In this document: in pieces, positions 19,967 to 29,272 of the stretch
Numbering within the stretch: position 1 is the first letter of the stretch
How the letters are laid out: every line of letters starts with the position of its first letter
Assembly: GCA_963759225.1 (NCBI GenBank)
Contig: CAVWYL010000005.1
Location: 7,912 to 71,911, forward strand
Length of the DNA: 64,000 bases
Direction: 5' to 3'
DNA from: an uncultured Acidimicrobiales bacterium
GTDB taxonomy: Bacteria; Actinomycetota; Acidimicrobiia; Acidimicrobiales; VFJN01
Notes under the pieces: generated by a model
The model's database searches: none
Seen by the model: only the letters and a program-made list of their open reading frames with translations
Told to the model about the DNA's origin: nothing
Made by a program: the position numbers and the translations under genes

Positions 19967-22515
19967 ATGACGCCGGTGGCGGTGCGGTTCGGGAACTTCG
20001 AGCTGAGCGAGGAGCGGCGCGAGCTCCGGCGCTCCGGGCGGCCGGTGGCCGTCGAGCCCCAGGTGTTCGACGTCCTCGCCCACCTGGTCCGCCACCGCGA
20101 CCGGGTCGTGCCGAAGACGGAGCTGCTCGACGAGATCTGGGGCGACCGGTTCGTGTCCGAGTCCGCGCTCACCAGCCGCATCAAGTCGGCCCGGCGGGCC
20201 CTCGGCGACACCGGCCGGGACCAGCGGGCCATCCGGACCGTGCACGGCCGCGGCTACCGCTTCGTGCTCGACGTCGTCGGGGACGCCGGCGGCAACGGCG
20301 ATGAGGACCACGGCACGGGCCCCGCCGCGGGGGCCGGTGCCCGTGTCCTGCGGGTGGCCGACGACCTGGCCGCCGGCCGGGGCACGGCGCTCCGCCTGGA
20401 GGGCGGGTCCCGCTCGGCGCGCACCGACCTGCTGCACCGCCTGGCCGACGAGGCCCGGAGCCGGGGCGTGGTGGTGGGCATGTCGGCGCCGTCCATCACG
20501 AGCGCGAGCCCGTTCGCCTGCGTGGGCGGCGCCCTCGACGAGATGACCCAGCGCCGGCCCGGGCTGCTCGACGCCCTGCCGCCCGGCATCCGCGACGAGA
20601 TCGCCCTCGTGGTCGAGTCCGAGCGGCCGACGACCCGCCAGCGGTGGCTGGTGGCGGCCCGGGAGCTGCTGATGGTGGCGGCCGAGCAGGCCGGCGCGCT
20701 CGTGCTCGTCGACCACGCCGACCACGCACCGGCCGAGGCGCTGGCGCTGGTCGACGACGTCGCCCGCCTCGCCCGGGGCCACCGGGTCGCGGTCGTCGTG
20801 GCCGGCCGGGCACCGGCCGGGGCCCCCGACGCCGGGTGGTTCGAGGTGGTGTCGCTGCCGCCGGCCGCGGGCGCGGCGCCGTCCGCCGCCGACCTGCCCG
20901 CCGAGGTGGCCGACGCCCTCCAGCGGGTGGCGGTCGCCGGTGGCTGGTTCGACGAGCTGGAGCTGCAGGCGGCCACCGGCCTCGACGAGGCGACCGCCCA
21001 CCGGCTGGTCGACGCCGCGCTGACCGCCGGCGCCGTGGTCCCGGCCGCCGACGGGTTCCGCCTGGCGGCCGAGGTGCCCGGCCGGCTCGCCCACCCCGAG
21101 CGGGTGCTGGCCGCCACCGCCCGCCGCCTGGCCGAGCTGGGCGCGCCGCCCGAGCGGGTCGCCGACCGGCTGCTGGCCGCCGGCCGGCCCGCCGAGGCCG
21201 CGCCCCACGCCCTGGCCGCCGCCCGGCGCGCCGCCGCGGTGCAGCTCCACCGGGACGTGCTGCGCTGGACCGGCGCCGCCCGCGACCACGTCGACGGTCC
21301 CGAGGCGGCCGAGCTGGCCCGCCTGCGGGCCGACGCGCTGGCGGCGGTGGGCGACCCCGCGGCCGTGTCGGCGTACCGGGCGGCGCTGGCCGTGGCCGCG
21401 CCCGACGCCGTCCGGGGCCTGCGGGTGCGCCTGTCCCGCGCCGCGCTCGTCGCCGGGGACCGGGCCACCGCGGAGGACGCCCTGGCCGGCGTCGAGACCG
21501 ACGGCGGTCCCGACGACGCGGCCGTGCTGTACTCCCGCGGCCTGCTGGCCTACTTCGCCGGCGACATCGAGGTGGCCGAGGCGGCGGTCGAGGACGCCCG
21601 CCACGCCGCTCTCGCCCAGGGCTCGCCCCGCCAGGTCCTCGACACGATCACGCTCCAGGGGCTCGTCGCCCACTCGCGGGGCGAGTGGTTCGACCGCCTG
21701 CTGCGGGAGATGCGGGCCGCGGGCGACGACGCCGCGCTGGCGTCGACGGTGTTCGACTCGCACCTGTGCGTGGCCGAGTACCTGCTGTACGGGCCCACGC
21801 CCTACGACGAGGTCGTGGACCTCGCCCGCCGCCTGCGGGAGGGGGCCGACCGGGTCGGGTCCCGCCCCGCCGCCGCGTTCGCGACCCTCGTGGCCGGGGA
21901 GGCGAGCCTGCTGGCCGGCGACCTCGAGGTCGCCCGGGACCTGCTGGCCGAGGCCGTCGACCTGCACATCGCGCTCGGCGCCGACAGCGGCACCGCGCAC
22001 GCCCTGCAGCGACTGGCGGAGCTGGAGCTGGCCGCCGGGGATCCGGCCGGGGCCGAGCGGCATGCTGCGCCGGGCCCTGGGGCTGGCCCGGTGGTCGCCG
22101 CTCGCGCACCACCTGCTGCAGCGGATCTACGGCACGCTCATCGCCGCCGCACCCGACCGGGACGCGGCGCTGGCGGTCGTGGACGAGGCGGCCGAGGCGT
22201 CGGACACGCAGGTCCCGTGCCGCATGTGCCAGGTGATGATCGCGGTGCCCGCCGCCATCGCCAGCGCCGAGGGCGGGCGCCTCGACGACGCCCGCACGCT
22301 GGCTGGCCCAGGCCGAGCAGTCGGCCGTGCTCTGGCAGGGCACGGCCTGGCAGGGAGCGGTGTGCGAGGCCCGCGCCCACCTGGCCCGGGCCGAGGGCGA
22401 CACCGCCGCCGCCGGGCGGCTGCTGCGGGAGGCCGCCGGGCTGTTCGAGGCCGCGGGCCAGCCGCCGGACGCCCGGCGGTGCCAAGAGGCGGCCGGCGAC
22501 CTGGACGGGGCCTGA
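19967..22515 (+). CDS. winged-helix regulator with degenerate ATPase and TPR-like helical repeats (frameshifts near 22061 and 22298)
   Basis: Same wHTH signature; P-loop position reads EGGSRSART; helical repeat C-terminus with CRMC; start may be GTG 19976. Confidence 0.82.
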
Positions 22516-22546
22516 GCCCCGCCGCCCGCCGCCGGCCGCCAGGCCT

Positions 22547-23119
22547 TCAGCCCGTCGCCACCTCGATGCTCACGGGCACGTTGCCGGTCAGGATGTCGAA
22601 CACGGCCGAGCGGGCCCGGGACTGCTCGACCAGAGCCTCCAGCTTCTCGGCCGGGGCGTCGCCCTTGACCGTGAACCGCACGCGGATGGCCTGGTAGCCG
22701 TTGCGCACGTCGGGGTCGAGGCCGAGGATGCCGTTGAGGTCGATGTCGCCCTCGACGGTCGAGCGCACCTCGTGGAGCGTGATGCCCCGGGCCGCCGCGA
22801 TGTTGGCCAGCCCGGCCGTCAGGCAGGCGGCCAGCGCGTGGAGCACGTACTCGACCGGGGTCGGCCCGTTGTCCCGCCCGACCAGCACGGCCGGGTGGTC
22901 GGCGTCGAAGGTGAAGGTCCGCTCGTGGGACCGCTCCTCGCCGACGCCGAAGAAGTCGTCGATCGTGCCGCGGCTGTGGGTGCCGGCGACCCATTCGTTG
23001 TGGGCCCGGAACTCGAACCGGGCGGCGGCCGGCGCCTGCTTGACGGCGTCGAGCGTGGCGAACAGGGTCGCCGTGTCGACGCCGTTGCGGAGCGCCTCGT
23101 TGTGGTCGGTGATCGTCAT
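22547..23119 (-). CDS. OsmC-family protein
   Basis: NGVD, DADHPAVLVG.DNGPTPVEYVLHALAACL, VEGDIDL.G.LG. Confidence 0.9.
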   Translation of the reverse strand: MTITDHNEALRNGVDTATLFATLDAVKQAPAAARFEFRAHNEWVAGTHSRGTIDDFFGVGEERSHERTFTFDADHPAVLVGRDNGPTPVEYVLHALAACLTAGLANIAAARGITLHEVRSTVEGDIDLNGILGLDPDVRNGYQAIRVRFTVKGDAPAEKLEALVEQSRARSAVFDILTGNVPVSIEVATG

Positions 23120-23151
23120 GTGGTTGTCCCTTTCTGGGGTGTGCTTGGGGA

Positions 23152-24342
23152 TCAGGCGGTCACGGGGACCGGGGTCAGGGCGGGGCGGGCGGCCAGGGCG
23201 GCGGCTTCGACCTCGATGGCGGTGCTCAGGCGGCGCATCAGGGCCTCGAACTCGTCCACGGGCGGGAAGGCGCCGATGGCGCACGTCACGTCGAAGATCT
23301 CGCGGCGGGCGGCGTCGCGCTCCCGGCCGAAGCCGGCCAGCGCCACCTCGAGCGGCACCGCGCCCCGCAGGCCCGCGTCGAGCGCGGTGGCCAGCAGGTC
23401 GGCGTCGCGGAAGGCGTCGCTGATGCCGTGCCCGGTGATCGGGTCGCGGTGGTAGCCGGCGTCGCCGACGAGGGCCCAGCCGGGGCCGGAGGCGGCCAGC
23501 GCCTGGTTGGGGAGCCGGACGGCCGAGCGGACCGGGGAGGTGCGGTGCGCGGCCCGCAGCCGGGCGGCCAGCGTCGGGGCGGTCCGGGCCACGAGGGCGT
23601 CGAAGGCCGCGGCCGGCGACCCGCCGGCGCGGCGGGCGGCGCGCCCGGCGCGGGCGGTGGTGCACACCCACACGCAGGCCTCGCCGCCGTGGGTGGGGAA
23701 GACCCCGGCCATCGCGCCCTCGGCCAGGTGGAACTCGATGCCGCCGCCGTCGAGGCCGGCGATGTAGGCGTAGTGGGTGGAGCCGCTCGGCGGGCGCTGC
23801 TCGACGACCGGTGCCCCCACGGCCCGGGCCACCCGGGACCGCAGGCCGTCGGCCCCGACGACGACGCGGGCGTCGATGGCCAGAGGCGCGCCGTGGCGGT
23901 CGCGCCCGGTGACGCCGACGGCCCGCCCGGCGGCGTCGCGCCGGACCGCGGTGACCGCCACGCCGAAGGCCATGGTGGCCCCGGCTGCGGCGGCGGCGTC
24001 GGCCACGATCGGGTCGAGGATGTGGCGCCGGGGGGCGACCAGGTGGTCGACGCCGGACCGGTCCTTGACGGTGTGGACCTTGACCCCGTTGGGGCCGTGG
24101 AAGCTGACGGTGCGGATGGCGGGGGCGCCGCTGTCCAGCACGGTGTCGAGCAGGCCCCAGCGCCGGAGCTGGACGACCCCGCTCCGGGAGATCGAGTGGG
24201 TGGACAGGGTGTCGCTCGGGAAGGTCGCCCGGTCGAGGACCACCACGTCGTGGCCGGCCCGCGCCAGCAGCAGCGCGGTAGCGGCCCCGGCGGCGCGGGC
24301 GCCGACGACGACGACGTCGTGGCGGGGGCGGGTGGTGGTCAT
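23152..24342 (-). CDS. NAD(P)/FAD-dependent oxidoreductase (geranylgeranyl reductase/halogenase-like fold)
   Basis: DVVVVGARAAG, VGADG, LVGDAGYHRDPITGHGISDA. Confidence 0.9.
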   Translation of the reverse strand: MTTTRPRHDVVVVGARAAGAATALLLARAGHDVVVLDRATFPSDTLSTHSISRSGVVQLRRWGLLDTVLDSGAPAIRTVSFHGPNGVKVHTVKDRSGVDHLVAPRRHILDPIVADAAAAAGATMAFGVAVTAVRRDAAGRAVGVTGRDRHGAPLAIDARVVVGADGLRSRVARAVGAPVVEQRPPSGSTHYAYIAGLDGGGIEFHLAEGAMAGVFPTHGGEACVWVCTTARAGRAARRAGGSPAAAFDALVARTAPTLAARLRAAHRTSPVRSAVRLPNQALAASGPGWALVGDAGYHRDPITGHGISDAFRDADLLATALDAGLRGAVPLEVALAGFGRERDAARREIFDVTCAIGAFPPVDEFEALMRRLSTAIEVEAAALAARPALTPVPVTA

Positions 24343-25151
24343 CTCAGGGCTCCTGTCGGTGATGGGGTGGGTGTCGTCCCCGACTCTGACGGCCGCGGCC
24401 GCCGCGTCCTTGGAGACGGCGTGGTCGAGTTGTGGAGATCTGCTGAGCGCCCGGCCGCCACGAACGCCTCCTCGCGCCACCAGTCCCGGTAGCGGTCCTC
24501 GCCCAGCGCGGCGAGCAGCGGGCCGACCTGGCTGGCGTGGGCCCGGAGGGCGGCCAGCTTGCGGTCGGCGAGCTCGTCGTCGAGGGCGACCCGCAGGGCG
24601 AGGCGGTCGTCCGGGGTGCGGCGCGGCAGGCCGGGCCCGAACACGGGCAGCCGGGCGTGGATGTCCGCGAAGGTGCGGGCGAAGCGGGCGGTGGTCGTGG
24701 CCTGCAGCAGCCGGGGTCCCGCCCCGGCCCGCCGCCAGGCCGCGAGGACCCAGCGGGCCACGGCGCGGTGGTCGGGGTGGCCGGTGAGGCCGTCGGGCCC
24801 GAACGTGACGATGGTGTCGGGCCGCACGTCCGCGAGCAGGGCGGACACGCGGGCGGCGCCGGCCGCGGGGTCGACGGCGGCCAGCGTCCCGTCCTCCAGG
24901 CCGAGCGTGCGGCGTTCGGTGACGCCCACGGCGGCCAGGGCGGCGGCCAGCTCGGCGTCCCGGACCCGGCGCAGCCGGTCGGGGGGCCAGCGGTCGGGGT
25001 CGTCGGTGCCGTGCTCGCCGAGGGTCGCGGTGGCGCACACCACCCGGTGCCCGGCCCGGCGGGCCAGGGCCATGAGCCCGGCCGACAGGTAGGTCTCGTC
25101 GTCCGGGTGGGCCCACACGCCGAGCACGGTGCCGAGGTCGGCGGGGGTCAC
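24339..25151 (-). CDS. PIG-L/LmbE-family deacetylase (3' end uncertain; ORF runs through the downstream promoter)
   Basis: WAHPDDE, TLGE.G, GHPDH, AHASQ. Confidence 0.88.
   Translation of the reverse strand: MTPADLGTVLGVWAHPDDETYLSAGLMALARRAGHRVVCATATLGEHGTDDPDRWPPDRLRRVRDAELAAALAAVGVTERRTLGLEDGTLAAVDPAAGAARVSALLADVRPDTIVTFGPDGLTGHPDHRAVARWVLAAWRRAGAGPRLLQATTTARFARTFADIHARLPVFGPGLPRRTPDDRLALRVALDDELADRKLAALRAHASQVGPLLAALGEDRYRDWWREEAFVAAGRSADLHNSTTPSPRTRRPRPSESGTTPTPSPTGALR
24383..24437 (-). promoter_or_regulatory. 11-bp phased direct-repeat operator plus -10 box (oxidoreductase-osmC promoter)
   Basis: Minus strand: CTCCAC(24437), GACCAC(24426), CTCCAAG(24415), N20, CAGAGT. Confidence 0.7.
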
Positions 25152-25462
25152 GACCCCACCGCCAGGTCCAGCAGCCACAGGGTGGGCAGGCCGGCGGCCA
25201 CCGCCGCGAGCGACGAGCCGGTGCGGCGGGCGACGGCGACGGCGACGGCCAGCGCACCGAGGGGCGGCACCGGGCCGGGGCCGGCGCCCGCCCGGGCCAG
25301 GACCCCCGTGGCGGCGACGGCGGCGAACGTGGCGGGGACCACGAACACGGCCGCCCGCTCCAGACTGGACAGCGAGCGCAGGCGGCCCACCAGGACCGCA
25401 GGCACCAGGCGGAACGCGTAGCTCAGGGCGCCGGCGACGAGGACCACGAGCCAGGGCGTCAT
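25148..25462 (-). CDS. AzlD-like small membrane protein
   Basis: Hydrophobic 104 aa, SYAFRLVP; coupled to the azlC-like gene. Confidence 0.75.
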   Translation of the reverse strand: MTPWLVVLVAGALSYAFRLVPAVLVGRLRSLSSLERAAVFVVPATFAAVAATGVLARAGAGPGPVPPLGALAVAVAVARRTGSSLAAVAAGLPTLWLLDLAVGS

Positions 25463-26205
25463 CGCGGGGCCTCCCGGGTGGCGAGGGCCGTCGCGGTGGC
25501 GGCCACGATGGCGGCCAGCAGCGCGAGCTGGGGCAGGACCGCGGCCCCGGCGACGGCCACGGCGGCGGCCACGACGACCGCCCGGCGGGTGGCCCGGGTG
25601 GCCGGGCGGCGCTGGACCTCGGCCGCGAGGAACAGCGGGATCACGAACTCGAGCGCCAGCGCGTCGGGCAGCCGGCCGGCCGCCAGCGTCCCGACCCCCA
25701 CGGCCCCGACCCAGGTCACCCACAGCGCCAGGGCGGCGCCGAGGTAGTGGGCGTGGCCCGCGGGGGCGTCGCCGGTCTCGTCGGACCGGGCGTAGCCGTC
25801 GGAGCCGACGGCGAAGGACGGGTCCACGAGCAGGTACGCGGCCAGCGCCCGCCACCACCGGGGGGTGGCGGCCCACCGGCCGCCCATGGCCGCCGAGTAG
25901 ACGATCAGGCGGCTGTTGACGGCCAGGGTGGTCGCCACCACGACCAGCGGGGCGGCGCCGTGGTCGAGCAGGTCGATCGTCGCCACCTGGGCGCCGCCCG
26001 AGTAGACGGTGGGCGCGGTCAGCCAGCCGGCGAGTGCGGGTATCCCGGCCCGGCCCGCGCTCACCCCCACGACCAGGCCGTACAGGCCCATGCCCACCAG
26101 CCACGGCGACATCGCCCGGGCGCCCGCGGCCATCGCCCGCCGGTCGGCGAGGCGCGGCGCCGCCGGGGGCGGCGGGGCGTGGGCGATGGCAGGGGCCGGG
26201 GGCAT
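25459..26205 (-). CDS. AzlC-family (branched-chain amino acid export) permease
   Basis: YSGGAQ, NSRLIVYS, AYLLVDPSFA, LEFVIPLFL. Confidence 0.85.
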   Translation of the reverse strand: MPPAPAIAHAPPPPAAPRLADRRAMAAGARAMSPWLVGMGLYGLVVGVSAGRAGIPALAGWLTAPTVYSGGAQVATIDLLDHGAAPLVVVATTLAVNSRLIVYSAAMGGRWAATPRWWRALAAYLLVDPSFAVGSDGYARSDETGDAPAGHAHYLGAALALWVTWVGAVGVGTLAAGRLPDALALEFVIPLFLAAEVQRRPATRATRRAVVVAAAVAVAGAAVLPQLALLAAIVAATATALATREAPR

Positions 26206-26212
26206 GACGGCC

Positions 26213-26332
26213 ACTGTGGGGCCGGCGCCCGCGGGGTCGCTTGGAGGCACCGTGGAGATCCCGTGGAGAGCGGCGACCACCAGCCGATCTCCATGCCGTC
26301 TTCAAGCCTCGTGCGGCGGCGGTCCGCACGAT
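26213..26332. promoter_or_regulatory. divergent pair of phased-repeat promoters (azlC-like gene and cNMP gene)
   Basis: Minus: CTCCAC(26268), CTCCAC(26257), CTCCAAG(26246), N21, CACAGT, N7, ATG. Plus: CACCAG(26278), CTCCAT(26289), CTTCAAG(26300), N20, CACGAT, N6, ATG. Confidence 0.75.
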
Positions 26333-26338
26333 GGCGCC

Positions 26339-26739
26339 ATGGACCTGACCACACGCATCTTCGGCCGGCGCCGCCGGCCCGACCTCACCCCCCTGCTCGC
26401 CGTCCCCTCGCTGCGGGACGCCGACCCCCGCCTGCTCGCGACCCTGGCGCACCACACCGACCGCCTGCGCCTGCCCCCCGGCCGGACGCTCGTCACCGGC
26501 GGGCACGGCGCCCGCGAGCTGATCGCCGTCGTCGCCGGCGAGGCCGCCCGGCTCTCCCCGGGCGGCCCGACCGGCGTGCTGCGGGCGGGCGCCGAGATCG
26601 GCGGGGCGGAGGTCGTGCAGGGCGCCCGCCACCCCGCCACGGTCGTCGCGCTCACCGAGGTGGAGGTCGTCGTGGTCGCCGCCCCGGCCGTGCTCTGGGC
26701 CCACCACGCGGGCCTGCCTGTCGCGTCCGAGGGGCCTGA
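26339..26739 (+). CDS. cyclic-nucleotide-binding-like domain protein (3' end uncertain; as written the ORF reads to 26929)
   Basis: VP.L...., G..L...G....ELIAVVAGEA, GAEIGG.E....RHPATVVALT resemble a cNMP beta-barrel. Confidence 0.6.
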
Positions 26740-26756
26740 CGTGGGACGATGGACCG

Positions 26757-29216
26757 GTGGTGGGCTACAGGTTCGGCGAGTTCGTGCTCGACGACGCCCG
26801 GTTCACGCTCACCGGTCCGGACGGACCGGTCCACGTCGAGCCGCAGGTGTTCGAGCTGCTGCGGTACCTGATCGAGCACCGCGACCGGGTCGTTCCCAAG
26901 GAGGAGCTGCTCGACTCGATCTGGGGTGACCGGTTCGTCTCCGAGTCGGCGCTCACCTCCCGGGTCAAGGCCGCCCGCCGGGCGGTCGGCGACGACGGGC
27001 AGGCCCAGCGGGTCATCCGGACGGTGCACGCCCGGGGCTACCGGTTCGTGGCCGACGTGCACACCGAGCGCGGGGAGTCGCGCCCGGCGCTGCCCCGGCT
27101 GCGCAACGCGCCCATCGGGCGGGACGGCGACATCGCCCGGGTGATCGAGCGGCTGCAGGACGCGCCGCTGGTCACGGTGGCCGGGCCCGGCGGTATCGGC
27201 AAGACGACGGTCGCCCTGGCCGTCGCCGCCCGCCTCCAGGCGGCCCACGCCGACGGCGCCGTGTTCGTCGACCTGTCGCCGGTCCCGGCGGGGGCCGACA
27301 TCACCCGGGCCGTCGCCGAGGCCGCGGGGGTGGAGGGCGCGGCGTCCGGGTCGATCGAGGCGGTCGCCGACCTGCTGGCCACCCGGCCCGCCCTCGTCGT
27401 GCTGGACAACTGCGAGCACGTGCTCGACCACACGGCCCGGCTCGCCGACCGCATGCTGGCGGGGGGCGACACGGCCCGGGTCCTGGCCACCAGCCGCGAG
27501 CCGCTCGGCGTGGCCGGCGAGCACGTCTGGCCGCTCGGCCCGCTGCCGGAGGCGCCGGCGCTGTTCGTCGAGCGGGCCCGGGCCGCCGAGCCGCGGGTGC
27601 GCTGGGACGCGGCCGACCCCGCGGTCGTCGAGCTGTGCCGGCGCCTCGACGACGTGCCGCTGGCGCTGGAGCTGGCGGCCGGGCAGCTCCGCCGGTTCGA
27701 CCTCGCGGAGCTGACCCGGCGGCTCGACGACCGCCTGGCGCTGCTGGCCGGCCGGGCCGCCGGCGACGGCCGCCACGCCACGATGGAGGCGGCGATCGAC
27801 TGGAGCTACCAGCTCCTCGACCCCGCCGAGCAGGTCCTGCTGCGCCACCTGAGCGTGTTCCCCGCCGCGTTCGCGGTCGGGGCCGTGGAGGCGTCGGCCC
27901 CCGCGCTGCCGTTCGGGGCCGCCGTCGACGCCGTGTTCGGGGGCCTGGTCGACAAGAGCCTGGTGGTGCGGCTGCCGGGCTCGGGCCGGTACCGGCTCCT
28001 GGAGACGATCCGGGTCTTCGCCCGGGACCGGCTGGAGGAGGCGGGCGAGGCGGCCGCCGCCTTCGAGCGCCACCGGCGCCACGTGCGCGACCGGGTCGCG
28101 GCCTCGTCACGGCTGGACCGCTGGCTGTCGGCCCGGCGGGCCGCCGCCTACCGGCGCGACCTGGACGACGCCCGCCAGGCGTTCCGGCGCAGCCTGGACC
28201 AGGGCGAGCCGGCCGACGCCGTGGAGATCGCCGCGGGCGCCTCGTTCCTGTGGCGCAACGCCCTGGGCTGCGCCGAGGGCGACGCCTGGGTGCGGGAGCT
28301 GCTCGACCGGGACCTGGCGCCCGACGACGAGCTGTGGGTGCAGATCCTGCGGGCCGACGTGGGCCAGGGCCGGGGCGACGCCGTCCTGATGTTCGACGCC
28401 GCCGCCGCGGCGGTGCGGCTCATGGACCCTGCGGGCGACCCGGCCGGGGCCTGCCTGGCCGCCCACTACGGGTCCCTGGCCGATCTCACCGACCCGCGGC
28501 GGGGCCGGGACGGCCTCGGGCCCGCGCTCGGCTTCGCCCGCCGGTCGGGGGACGCGCGGCTGGTCACGCTGATCGAGGACTTCCTGGCGGTGGCCGACGT
28601 GGCCGCCGGCGAGGACGACCGGGCCCGGGCGCTGCTCGCGGGGCTCGACCGCACGGCGTCGGAGGACGGCTACGACCGCTTCATCCTCCACTGGGCGGCG
28701 TGGCTGCTGGGGCTGGCGACCCAGGACGGCCCGGCGGCGCGGAGATGGATGAGCCAGCAGCAGGACTACCTCGACCGCACCGGCATCGTCGAGACGTGGA
28801 TCACGTCGTTCTCCACCGCCCTGTGCGAGGTGGTCGACGGCGTGGACTTCCGCCCCCGCCTGGGCCACGCCCTGGCCCTGGCCGAGCGGGAGGGCTACAG
28901 CGCCGACGCCGACTGCGTGCTCGTCCTCGCCTACGCCGCCCTCTGCGAGGGCCGGTTCGACGACGCGGCCGAGCTGGTGGGCACGGCCGTCTACGGCCGC
29001 TTCAACGCCACCGCCCACTACGTCCTCTACCGCGCCGTGCTCGACCGCTCCCTGCGCGACCACCTCGCCCCCGCAACCCTGGCCGACGCCATCAGCCGCG
29101 GCCGCAACCGCACCCCGGCCGAGGCCCTCGCCGCCCACGGCGTGCACGCCCGGGCTAGTGCCCCGTCCAGCGTTTCGACGCCCCGACGCCGCTCGTCCTC
29201 GTCTCGCCGCAGCTAG
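26757..29216 (+). CDS. winged-helix + STAND/NB-ARC-like ATPase + helical repeat regulator
   Basis: wHTH signature; Walker A GPGGIGKT; Walker B VVLDNCEH; ATSREPL; LCRRLDDVPLALELAA; YRLLETIR. Confidence 0.92.
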   Translation: MVGYRFGEFVLDDARFTLTGPDGPVHVEPQVFELLRYLIEHRDRVVPKEELLDSIWGDRFVSESALTSRVKAARRAVGDDGQAQRVIRTVHARGYRFVADVHTERGESRPALPRLRNAPIGRDGDIARVIERLQDAPLVTVAGPGGIGKTTVALAVAARLQAAHADGAVFVDLSPVPAGADITRAVAEAAGVEGAASGSIEAVADLLATRPALVVLDNCEHVLDHTARLADRMLAGGDTARVLATSREPLGVAGEHVWPLGPLPEAPALFVERARAAEPRVRWDAADPAVVELCRRLDDVPLALELAAGQLRRFDLAELTRRLDDRLALLAGRAAGDGRHATMEAAIDWSYQLLDPAEQVLLRHLSVFPAAFAVGAVEASAPALPFGAAVDAVFGGLVDKSLVVRLPGSGRYRLLETIRVFARDRLEEAGEAAAAFERHRRHVRDRVAASSRLDRWLSARRAAAYRRDLDDARQAFRRSLDQGEPADAVEIAAGASFLWRNALGCAEGDAWVRELLDRDLAPDDELWVQILRADVGQGRGDAVLMFDAAAAAVRLMDPAGDPAGACLAAHYGSLADLTDPRRGRDGLGPALGFARRSGDARLVTLIEDFLAVADVAAGEDDRARALLAGLDRTASEDGYDRFILHWAAWLLGLATQDGPAARRWMSQQQDYLDRTGIVETWITSFSTALCEVVDGVDFRPRLGHALALAEREGYSADADCVLVLAYAALCEGRFDDAAELVGTAVYGRFNATAHYVLYRAVLDRSLRDHLAPATLADAISRGRNRTPAEALAAHGVHARASAPSSVSTPRRRSSSSRRS

Positions 29217-29272
29217 GCTGCGCCTCGCGTCGCCGCAGCGACTGGCTCGCCAACGGGCGAACGCCTCACTAG
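29155..29272. repeat. MITE/REP-like element bounded by CTAGTG...CACTAG
   Basis: Inverted 6-bp ends; internal CGCAGC-TAG-GCTGCG hairpin; three CTAG tetramers in 118 bp between convergent genes. Confidence 0.5.

Noticed and set aside
26757-29216. STAND protein as an NLR-like anti-phage receptor for the amyloid motif pair
   Set aside because: Its N-terminus is a winged-helix DNA-binding domain and lacks the QQAG.INNV motif. It is better explained as a transcription regulator.
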